Made by a program: the position numbers and the translations under genes. Positions 44,694 to 57,918 of a stretch of 64,000 bases of DNA are shown piece by piece. The notes under the pieces are model-generated. The model saw only the letters and a list, made by a program, of their open reading frames with translations. It did not search any database and was not told the DNA's origin. How positions within the stretch are numbered: position 1 is the first letter of the stretch; each line of letters begins with the position of its first letter. The DNA lies in NCBI GenBank assembly GCA_000165345.1, contig CM000436.1, forward strand, positions 256,001-320,000, read 5' to 3'.

Positions 44694-45360
44694 TTAAATC
44701 TTTGAGTTTTTGATGATTTGGTCCAACATAAGTTTTTCAGCTATAATAAGTTTTTCTTGTATATATGGAGATCCTCTATATTTTCCACTTGCTTCATTCA
44801 ATTCAAGCATTCTTCTTGCAATCTAAAGAACAATATGAATAATTCAAGTTAGAAATAATGCCAATATATGAAGATACATTTTTTTAAAAATTTCTTTATT
44901 AGTTGAGAAAGATTTGAACCATATTTCAACAGAAATTTGGTTATACAAACTTTCAGAAGAGATTGATATAATGATATTTATTATAAACTACAACACTTAC
45001 CTTTTGTATATCTTCTACAGAATACTTCTTCCCAAATTCGGTACCTAGGATTTTGTTTGCTTCTCCAAGAGTCATTTTACTTCCAAAATTGATAGATCGA
45101 ATTGCTTTAATACCATCTAAATCAATTTTAAAGTTTTAATGATAGAATTATATTTGAATATTTAACAAATTTTAGATAAACAAACCTTTATATGAATCTT
45201 TAAAACATTGCTTTACAACACTTTGTAAGGATCCTGAAGTAATCTTAATTAACTTAGTTATTACTCTGGAAATAGTTATTATTAATTATTATGAGTCAGA
45301 AATTTTGGTAAATTATTCAAGTCAACACATCTTAGCTTACCTTAAAGTCCTCGGAGACAT
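44694..45360 (-). CDS. PAM16: Pam16/Tim16 (Magmas)-like J-like-domain protein lacking the HPD motif, 4 exons, ~123 aa
   Basis: Minus-strand exons 45341..45360 (MSPRTLK), 45186..45265, 45001..45116, 44694..44822. Donors GTAAGC, GTTTGT, GTAAGT; acceptors CCAG, TTTAG, TTTAG; phases 2/1/0 with no stops. Product ...DGIKAIRSINFGSKMTLGEANKILGTEFGKKYSVEDIQKIARRMLELNEASGKYRGSPYIQEKLIIAEKLM. It aligns with yeast Pam16 ITLDEACQILNIKEP-LTKEKIEERYTRLFKINSPEKGGSFYLQSKVYRAAERL. The HPD tripeptide of true J-domains (Pam18/Tim14) is replaced by NEA, which is the Pam16 hallmark. The second donor (GTTTGT) is weak. Confidence 0.6.
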
Positions 45361-45962
45361 TCTTATTGAAATACCATAAAATTAATAATATGCTTATTTT
45401 TCTATCTTTCCATGTATTTATTAGATTTATATATAATATATATTATATAGCCAAAATGTACTAATATAAGCATTAATTGTTTATATTACCATTTCTTTCT
45501 TAAATAGAAATTCAAAATCCAATAAGAAATAATGCAAAGAAAAGATATAAATTCAATATTAAGAACTGAAATTAATATGAATGAATGTGAAGTAGAAAAA
45601 CTATTATTGTAATCACTTGATAACTTGTATTATTTGTGGGGAAAAGTAAAAAGCTGAAAAATTAAGAAATCTATAATTTATTAACCAATTATTTTATAAA
45701 TGAAATAGACCATTAAAAAAATGAATCTAATTAATGATTTAAATCCTTATTTTATTTCCTTCTTACAATCAAAATTTATTATTAAAATTATAAATGATTA
45801 CCCCCCAACCGCTTTTATAGAAAGAATTTGCGATTTAGGCGGGAAAGATTGCATGCAGAAATGTAGTAGAGAATAACAATAATAACAGTGGTAATAGTAA
45901 TAATAATAATAGTAATAATAATAAAAATAATAATTAATTAATTAATTAAACAATTAAAAAAT

Positions 45963-47561
45963 TTAATGAAAGATCATTTCTCCAATAAGAACGGTGATTC
46001 CAAAAAATCGAACTGAGACTTTACTTAGATTAGTATTATCATTACATGAACATTTATTATATGAAACAATTTCTTTTTCAGTTTCAAAATAAAATATGTC
46101 ATCCCTGACACTAAGTAAAATGGCGGGAGAAGCTTCACAATGGTAATAAATCATAAAAGATTGACCAGGAACATTCCAAAATATATTTTTGGAACTTAAA
46201 AGAATTTCATTCAAGAATTTAAGACATTTTACTTTAAGTTTTGTGGAAATTTGTATTGGATATAAACTTGAAAGTAGAGATGTAATAGGTGTGTTACTAT
46301 TACGTCTTGTATTATTTTTAGAAGAAATAGTTGATACAATAATATTACCAATGCTAGGATGAATATTGCAATTAAATGTTGCAGAAGAGATATAAATGGG
46401 TCCATTACATGTATTGTATGTATGATCATGAATAGAAATAGCTTTACATTTAACAGATTCACTGAAAGGGAGTACATGATAAGATTGACCAACTTTAAGT
46501 TGACCATATTCAATATATAATGATGCTTTAAATTCAGATGAAGATACTGAGATGATTTCTAGAATACATGCAGAAAAAGAAGTAAATTGTTTAGATTCTT
46601 TATGACAATGACATTCAATAGGGCGTGGTATAGATCTTTTTGAACTTTGATTAATGCTTGATAGAATTTCAAACAAACTAGGCCCTTGATACCAAGAAGA
46701 AAGTTCTTTGGGAAAGGTGTTATTTTTATCATTAAGAATATTGACTCCATGATATGCACTTATTGGTAAAAAAATAATATTTGAATCATTTTTAATATCA
46801 GCAAGTTCTAAATTTATATAATTACTTATTGTATTAACAATATTTGAATAAACTTGTTCATCCCAATTACATAGATCCAATTTATTAACAGCAAAAATAA
46901 TATTCGATACATCTGCTAGAAGTGAATAAATAATATGTTCAATAGTTTGGCCTTTTTGAAATCCTGAATCAAATCCTGAGCTATCAATAACTACAATAAT
47001 ATTATCAGAAAACATTGATATTGAAAAGCTGTTAGGTATAAATTCAGAATGTCCTGGTGCATCCAATATTGTAACAAGTTTTTTTTCAATCATCATACTT
47101 TTAGCTGATATATTGATTGTAATTCCTCTTTCCCTTTCATCATCACAATCATCAAATATCCAAGCATATGCAAAAGATCCTTTTCCAATGATCTCACTTT
47201 CTTTCTTGTACTTTCTCATCACTCCCTCACTAATTAGTCCCAAACTCACAAATAAATGACCCATCAAAGTTGATTTACCAGAATCAACATGGCCTAACAC
47301 TACACAGCTGTAATTATCTATTGTAGGTGTTGATATTATTTCATTTTTCATCTGAATTTTTACTCCTTTATCCTGATTTTGTTTAGCCACATGTTTTTTA
47401 TCTGTTTGTACTGTAGGTTTTGTCTTTACTGTTTTTGTTATTGTTTCTCTTTCATATGCCACATTATCATCATCATCTGAATAGTAATCAGAGTCATAGG
47501 CATCATAATAATCATCATCTGTCAATTCCACATACTTTGATCGTGTACGTGCCATTGTCAC
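45963..47561 (-). CDS. HBS1: HBS1-like translational GTPase (eEF1A/eRF3 superfamily; Dom34/Pelota partner), 532 aa
   Basis: G-domain [91 protein letters not shown] matches HBS1L ([91 protein letters not shown]). Acidic, Tyr-rich N-terminal extension. Domains II/III are divergent, so eRF3 is less likely. Confidence 0.8.
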   Translation of the reverse strand: [532 protein letters not shown]

Positions 47562-47760
47562 CTATTGACAGTTTCTTCAACTAATAATAATAATAAACAG
47601 ATAATTATGTTGCTCTGGTTTTGTTATAGATTTGTATTATTCTATATTTCATTCACCCTTTCTTCTTTTTTTACTGATTTTTATTCCACACTTTTATCTT
47701 GTTTTCTTTTTTTACCTTTAATAACGTAATTATAATAAATATATTATTTTAAACAAATGT

Positions 47761-47782
47761 CGGCGCCAAACATTTGGCGCCG
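47761..47782. promoter_or_regulatory. perfect 10-bp inverted repeat CGGCGCCAAA-ca-TTTGGCGCCG (double E2F-like site) in the divergent promoter between HBS1-like (-) and the Sec14-like gene (+); TGCATGCA box at ~48052
   Basis: Direct read. Confidence 0.7.
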
Positions 47783-48256
47783 GTTCGGTGTAAAGTCTAA
47801 TTTTAATATTATTGCATTGAATAGTGCATGGAGGGAAAGAAAGAAAAAAAGATATTATGAAAATGGAAGTTAACAAGTAGATAAAGTAAAAATTGAAAAA
47901 TTTGTATATATTTATAAGTAAATTTATATTAGTTATAGATTTGTAATGGATTTATAAGAGAAAATAATCACAAATTAAAGAATAATAATTTAGACTTTAA
48001 AAAAAAAAAAATTATATTAAAAAAATTTTAGGGGTAAATATTAAAAAAAAAATGCATGCAGAGTACCGGCATTATAATTATTAGTATTTTTATTAAAAAA
48101 AAAACAAATAAATAAATAAATTTTTATTAATATAAATTTAGGATTAGAAATATTAATATAAATTAAAATTAACTAATTAAATAATAAATACAATTTCTTA
48201 GAATGATAATAAAGTTTAAAAACTTTGATTTACTTGATTAAAAAGTTAATACAAAA

Positions 48257-49556
48257 ATGGAGAGTATAAATAAAAGATCAAATAGAATAGAGTTAGCATT
48301 GGATGATTGGGCAAAGCTCGTGAAAAAATCATATTCAGTAGAAATTGATCAAATTAAAAAGAAACACTCAAAAATATTAAATCAATATAAACCTGATCGA
48401 ACAATATATATGGAAAATGTATTATCATATCAATATACTAAAAATATTTGTTTATTAGCAAGTGAAATAATTCGAAGAAATGGTGTATCATATTTAATAA
48501 TTGATTTCTTGAAACAAATGTTATTTTTAAGAGGTTTTTTTGCATTAACAAAAGACAGTATACTAATGCAACTTACAAGATTTTCAACATATATGAAATT
48601 AGTAGAGGTAAGTTTTCCTATTATTATATTAATAAAGTAAATGAAATAATTACATTTTTATTACTTATTTAAAATATTAGGATGGAATGAATGCTATATT
48701 TGAATCAAATAATAGTCAACATAAATCAACATTAAATATGATCAAGGAAAATAGAAGAAGAATTCTGATATATAATCTTAGAAAAGTTCTAGGGAGTGGT
48801 ATTGGTCTTAAACATGATAAACAACCAGTATTTTATATTAGAGTAGTTGATCTACATTTGAAAACAACTTTATCATTTGGATCAATCAGTGAACTTAGAC
48901 AATTGATTGTTTGGGAATTAGAAAAAGTAATATATTCTTTTTCAGAAATATCAATGAAAGAAAAGAATTTTATATCTCATATTTCATTAGTTTTAGATTT
49001 TAGTGAAATGGGGATTTATACTTGTAAAGTGGAATTTCAATCTTTTATGAGATTAATTTCAGAAATTTTAGATTTTTATTCTCCTTTATTAATTAATACA
49101 ATAATAATTCACAAATCAAAATCTTTAAAAGAGAATTTATGGTATTCTATTGAGCCAATTATTTCATTATTATATGATAGAGAAATTATTACAATTTTTA
49201 CTGATACGGAAGAAGAACTTTGGAAACTTTTGAAACCTATGAATAATGCTATTCTTCATTCAAGGGGTGGATTTATACCAAATACTTGTTTATACCCAGT
49301 TTGTTCTAGATCAACTGTTGTTCCAAATATTGAATTATGTATTCAAAAAGAAAATGATCAACAACATGAAACTTGCAATAAATATTCTACATATAAAAGT
49401 TTCTTTTTATCATTTAAACCAGATTTATCAATTAAAAAATTCATTAATAATTGTGTAAGTATAGAATGTAAATCTATTGATAGATCATATTGGACTGAAG
49501 AACAAAATGTAATAAAGACTGAACAAGTTCAGAAAAATTTTATTTATGATATTTAA
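48257..49556 (+). CDS. Sec14/CRAL-TRIO-like lipid-binding domain protein, 2 exons, ~409 aa
   Basis: Exon 1 is 48257..48607 and ends ...MKLVE|gtaagt. Exon 2 is 48681..49556 and starts ttag|GATGGAATGAAT in phase 0, in frame with the ORF-track ORF 48687..49556. PVFYIRVVDLHLK, VLDFSEMGI, MRLISEILDFYSPLLINTIIIHKSKSLKENLWYSIEPIISLLYDREIITIF and ELWKLLKPMNNAILHSRGG follow the order and spacing of the CRAL-TRIO signatures (PVLYIRPGKFDPK; VIDLKGFSL; ILQDHYPERLGKIYIINAPWIF...KPFLDEKTRSKIHFL; ...GG). Confidence 0.6.
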
Positions 49557-49870
49557 TGATTGATTGCTCAGTACCCTTAGATATTATATTAATTATTATA
49601 CTAAATTTATAGAATATGTTGCAACAAAAACAATATGATAGTTGAATAATTTATATATTAAATTCAGGCATTTGAGTTAGTTTTTTGTTTGTAATAAAAC
49701 ACTAATAATTGGATTAAAATATGTTTACTTTAAATAGTTTTAATTAATTAAAAATCAACCTGTTTATTTTACTCTTCTATTTCACACTTTTTTTCTACAT
49801 TTATTCTTTTCATTCTATATTATTTTTTTTCTATTATTAATTATTTTGATTCATAATTTACATGCAAAAA

Positions 49871-49890
49871 GGCGCCAAATAATTGGCGCC
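49871..49890. promoter_or_regulatory. inverted repeat GGCGCCAA-ATAA-TTGGCGCC upstream of the roadblock-like small gene
   Basis: Direct read. Confidence 0.65.
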
Positions 49891-50230
49891 ACAAACTTTA
49901 TGTCACAATTTAATAGAGGTTAGAACTAGTTGATAAAAAAGAAAAAAGAAAGAAAGAAAGAAATTAGAACACAATATATATGTATTTGGTAGAAAAGGTT
50001 GAGTTATACTTGGAATGCTATAAATATGAACAAGCAGTAAGTTTTAACAAATATATTTTAAATAGTGATCTATTTGTACATTTTCTTTTTTTTTTTGAAA
50101 ATCAAAATATCATATTAATTGAAAAGAGTATAATTAGATCAAATATATATAATAAATATTTATTGTTTTAACTTGTTATATTAGTGTAATTATAATTGAT
50201 TATAAATCAAAAGAATTAGCAAATATAGTA

Positions 50231-50475
50231 ATGGAATGTATTAAGCCTGATTTTATTTTATCTAAAAATACGAAAGATTCAAGAAGAGAAATAATGGTAG
50301 ACAACACAGAATTAATAGTGTAAGTTAACTTTACATGCTTTTTGTTTTTCAGTTTATCAATAACTTCAGTGAAATAGAAAGTTCTAATGTTCAAATTCTA
50401 AGAAAAACAGTAAATGCAATATATGGAGCTTTAATTTTGTCGACTAAAACAATTGAAGAGTTTAGTAATATATAA
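50231..50475 (+). CDS. small spliced gene, tentatively roadblock/LC7-type dynein light chain (3' two exons only; 5' exon(s) unresolved)
   Basis: Exon 50231..50319 (MECIKPDFILSKNTKDSRREIMVDNTELIV, donor GTAAGT) joins in phase 2 to exon 50370..50475 (acceptor CTTCAG; VEIESSNVQILRKTVNAIYGALILSTKTIEEFSNI*). KDSRREIMVDNTELIVVEI resembles roadblock [23 protein letters not shown]. Upstream, ORF 49980..50171 contains MYLVEKVELYLECYKYEQA|gtaagt and ...QNIILIEKSIIRSNIYN (compare roadblock GVQGIIVVNTEGIPIKST). I could not find a consistent splice path between these pieces. Confidence 0.35.
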
Positions 50476-50881
50476 GAGTGAATTCTTCACAATTTATATC
50501 TTTATTGAATTTGAGTATGAATCAAGTTCTTTAAAAATAGGTCTAATAAGTAAAAAGTATTAATAATAGATATTAATATTCCAATGAAATTTAATAACTT
50601 TTTAAAAATATATATCTTTATGTATGTAAATATATCTATATGCATAAATAAAAATGTTAAAGCTTGGAAATATATAATATTTATCTATTTACCTGTATTC
50701 ATACATATATATAGATAAATAGGTAAATATTTATTAGTTTTATTTCTTTCCACTTGTGAATGGATATTATCCGTGATTATATCAACTTTTCCCCTTCCCC
50801 TCATATTTGGCGCTCAAAGGTACCGTTGTATGTAATAATTTACTGAGGGAAAAAAAGGATTATTAAGCATTAAATAAATAA

Positions 50882-50919
<38 letters not shown>

Positions 50920-51081
50920 TTATATATATATTAAAGGTAAATCAGGAAAGTAGTAAAATTACGAGGATTAATAGTTCTTCACTAATACTTGCATATTTTC
51001 AGTCAGAAAGCCAATATAAAAGAATCTAATATATGTGGATGTAAATAAGTATATACTAAAGGAAAATAAAGTCTTAGATAT

Positions 51082-52199
<1,118 letters not shown>

Positions 52200-52970
52200 A
52201 TGCATTAATTAGTCATTTTGGTAGACGATATACTGCTACTATTACTACTATTCCTATATCTATTACCTATAATAATTTACTGTCTTTCTTCGAAAAATTC
52301 CCGGCTGCAAACATGCATTTTACCTGCATGCGTTTTTTTCAATGTGGACAAAAAAGGATAATGCTTACGTGTTTTTTTTAGTGGATAAAAAGAGTCTGAT
52401 ACCGGTATGCAAGTGCACACATTTTTTTTTTTTTAACTAATTTCATAATTTTTTTTTTTAAATCGATAATAAAAAATTAGGAATAGCAAATGAATTAATT
52501 GTTTTAATTTTTGTTATTAAGAAGAAATTAAATGGCAATGAGTGAATTAATATTTGTCGAGCAATGTGTTATAGTTATCAGAGATCTCTAAACAAAAATT
52601 CGAGTAATAATGAGGGGTGAAAGTGGATATTCATTATATATAAAGTATATAGGAGATATATATTATAAATATAATTTAAGATATAGTACTCTTCGACCGA
52701 TAATGGCGGGAAGATCTACTGAAGTTATTTAAATATTGCAAATTTGCACCATACCCACAGTGGAAATGAATACAAGGGAATAATTATTTTGAATAGAATT
52801 CGAAAAAACAAGTATAATAATAAAGAAAATAAATCTTGAGTGTAATTCAAGTATAAACAAATATTATTAATAAATAAATATATTTTTATTTATATATATT
52901 TATCTATATACATATTTGCATATATTCGGTGTTTCTGAAATACATTAATATAATTTTAAAAAACAAAAAG

Positions 52971-54533
<1,563 letters not shown>

Positions 54534-55243
54534 ATATTTTCTTTAAGAGAGATTAAATAAATATTTGCTATTCAAAATACATCATAAAGAAAAATATTTA
54601 AAAGATTAAATATTAATAATAATAATAATAATTTACAATTTAAAAACATTTTCAGATTTAAACCAAATTACTTTGATTAATATTTAATTTAAGTAGTATG
54701 TAAACAATACACATATTATTATTATTATTATTATTATTATCATTATTAATACTCATATGCTTCTTTTTTCTTCAATCTTTTAATTCTGTCTCATTTTTAT
54801 TTGCATTTATTAATAAAGTTGTAAAATTTGGTTTCCACATTAATTTTTTTATATTTATATACCGGTATATTACGTAATACAATAACGGTATTATTTATGT
54901 GGATATTAAATATATTACGTTTAAATTGCATGTACATGTACATGCAAATGCAAATACGTATGAATACATAAATCTAATATTCTGTATATATTTATGGTTG
55001 ATAATTGGCTTAGAAATATACAAAAAATGTAAGAAAAAAAAATTGTATTGACTAAATAGGAAAGAAATTATTTATTTATACAAAGTAAAATCATCAATGC
55101 TAATTTATAAATATTCAAAGAACTTAACTAAACCTTCTTTTTAATAATTCACATTTTATTGCTTACTTTCTTTGTAATATAAAGTGCCAAAATAAAGCTT
55201 TTAATATATTAAATTTGATTCAAATTGGAAATATGGGACGATT

Positions 55244-56632
55244 CTAGTGGTAAAATAATTTTAACAGTGAATTTACTGATCCAAGTACTGAAATAATGAA
55301 AAATAATGAAAATAATAATCTGACTGGGCTTGAAGTAAATTTCTCCTTTTTATTATAAATTACTCTATGATGAATTAAAGCAGGGAATAAGAAGACAAAA
55401 ATCGAGTCAACAAATCCACCAGCCATAATTACAAGTGAACTTGGCTTATTCTGGAAACATATACCAATAATACATGATAAAAATAAAATTAAGGTAAGTA
55501 ATGAAATTCTTCCAGTTTTTGTTCTAATAAAAGTAGTTTTTTTATTAATAGTACCAGAAGCAATAACATTATTACCGTTATTAATCAATGGCATTCCTTG
55601 TTCATTAAAACCACTCTGGACATTTCTTGAACCTAACATTTCATTCAAATAGTCATTATCAATAAAATTTGTAAGGGCATCCAACATAGGATATATGTGA
55701 AGTGGAATTATAAAGAATAAAGATACCACAACCAGTAATCTTGAAATAAAGAATAAATATGATGTATCAGTCAAACTGTTAAGGAGAAATTCTTCAGTTC
55801 TATCTCCAAGAAATGAAAATGATATCAATGACATTATTGAATATGTAAATACTATTATAATACCAGTTACAGCTGTTAATATACGTAATCTACTTTTGCT
55901 TGGATTATTAAGATTAGATGCTGCTTGAATTATATTGAATTGTGCAAAGAATGCAAAAATACAAATATTCAATAATGAAAAGTAACTTGAAATTGAGTTA
56001 CTGTTGAAAGATATATTTGAAATTTCTTTAATAATATTATTAATACCAAAACCTGATGAAATTGATTGGCTAATTACTGATGCAAAGCATAGGAAAATGG
56101 AAATTACTGATAAAAATGTAAGTCCAATCCAATTAAAGCATCCTGAAGGAATACATATTGGAAAGAATAATAGTGAAAATAATGATATTATTGCAGTTTT
56201 TGAACTAAACATAAATAAATAGTCATTCACAAACCCAAAATATGAAATTAGCGCTGGTATTAAGTCTGATAAAACAATTAAAAATAATGGTATGCAAAAT
56301 AAACAATCTAAAAATACCAGAAAATCAAATAATCTTGGTATAGAAAAAAATGGATTTTCCGATCTCTGAATTCTTAAACTTGTTGTTATCTCTTCACTAT
56401 ATGCCATAAATAATAATGATCCATACGATTCTGCACCTGATTTCACACTTGCATTTGCCAAAGTCTTCATTGATAATACTGAAAATGTACCAACTATTAA
56501 TGAAATTATCAATCCTGCCATTGCACCACAATTCTTAAATGCTGCTGGAATATAAAAACATCCAACTCCAACTGAAGTTGCAACAACTATTAAAATTGTA
56601 GTTAACATTGAACTCTTCTCGTGGGAAAACAT
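55244..56632 (-). CDS. amino acid transporter (Aa_trans / SLC38-like, ~11 TM), 462 aa
   Basis: N-terminus MFSHEKSSMLTTILIVVATSVGVGCFYIPAAFKNCGAMAGLIISLIVGTFSVLSMKTLANAS...SYGSLLFMAYS matches the Aa_trans family signature (…GSGILGLPYAFKQSGWILGLILLLLVAILSLYSLHLLV…SYGDL). Multiple hydrophobic segments throughout. Confidence 0.8.
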   Translation of the reverse strand: MFSHEKSSMLTTILIVVATSVGVGCFYIPAAFKNCGAMAGLIISLIVGTFSVLSMKTLANASVKSGAESYGSLLFMAYSEEITTSLRIQRSENPFFSIPRLFDFLVFLDCLFCIPLFLIVLSDLIPALISYFGFVNDYLFMFSSKTAIISLFSLLFFPICIPSGCFNWIGLTFLSVISIFLCFASVISQSISSGFGINNIIKEISNISFNSNSISSYFSLLNICIFAFFAQFNIIQAASNLNNPSKSRLRILTAVTGIIIVFTYSIMSLISFSFLGDRTEEFLLNSLTDTSYLFFISRLLVVVSLFFIIPLHIYPMLDALTNFIDNDYLNEMLGSRNVQSGFNEQGMPLINNGNNVIASGTINKKTTFIRTKTGRISLLTLILFLSCIIGICFQNKPSSLVIMAGGFVDSIFVFLFPALIHHRVIYNKKEKFTSSPVRLLFSLFFIISVLGSVNSLLKLFYH

Positions 56633-57918
56633 TATTGTAAACAGTTCTTTATATACTAGTGATAATTTTCCAATTTATTTCTAATAATAATTAAAATATT
56701 AATATTAATAATAATACTAATATTAATATTAATATACCCTTGATTAATTTTCTCTTTTTTTATCAACTAGATTATTATAAATTATATATTTATTTTCTTT
56801 AAATCACTATTTCATACAATATTACATCTTACATATTTCATTAATTAATTATATTATTATTTCTTTATTAAATTTTAATATTCGCCGGTACTAAATTAAT
56901 TTGTGGGAGCATTTCCCGCCCAACTCCTCATATTTCTATTATATCTTTTGCATTATAATTTATATATTTTATTAATACTATTTATCCCGCCAAATTCTCA
57001 AAATTGTGCTTGCTTATCAACCAAATGGAAAAATTACTATAAAGAAATAAGGTTAAAGAAACTAGAGTTTACAAAAAAAAGTAAAATACTGAAAGAATAA
57101 ATCCAAACCAGATTTTATTCATAATTTTCTATATATATTCTAGTCATGGAATGAAAGAAAAGGTCGAATTTTTATCTTAATATTCATATTTACTTGTTAT
57201 AATTAACATTTTTCCTTTAATTTATGTAAAATGTGCACATAATTCAATTATTCTGATTTTGCCGCCCAAATATTCTTTAATTTCTGTTGTGTGTATGTTT
57301 TGTTTTCGTGTAATTTGCATGAATGTATAAATAACAAAGGGCGGCAGCATGTAAAATTTTAATAAGATTACTAATTAAAAGCTATAATTATATTAAAAAA
57401 TATCTATAAAGTTAAACATAATGAAAGTAATATAAGATAATTTAATTTTTAAATTAAATATAAATATTATATTTTTTACTTTTTTCGAGAAAATAAAGTT
57501 AATTTTTATACAAAATATTCGAATATTGCAAATAATTTAATAAAATACAAAAATGCATGACTTTGCCGCCTACACCGGTATATAATTTTGAATTAAAAAA
57601 AAAATTACACGTAATATTAAGAGGAAAAGAATAGGATTTTCTCTTTATTGAAATAACGATGACGATTATTAATATTATCATTATTGTTACTATTACTGTT
57701 GTAAGTGTTACTAATATTAATTTAAGAGTTGTTAATTATTATTGATTTCAATGCATTCAATATAAATGCTATCAAATGATAATAATAAGAGTTTTTTATT
57801 AATATTAGTAATAAAGGAAGCTACATTAATAGTATTTTTCACTTTTTTAATAGTTTTTAGTAGGAAAAAAAAAGTTACAATTAGATTTCCTTCTACTTGA
57901 ATATTACTGTTGTTTTAC

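Noticed and set aside
56903-57100. 65-aa plus-strand ORF upstream of the amino-acid transporter
   Set aside because: It sits in a promoter region dense with CCCGCC boxes and is composed of low-complexity Leu/Ile/Tyr codons. More likely non-coding.
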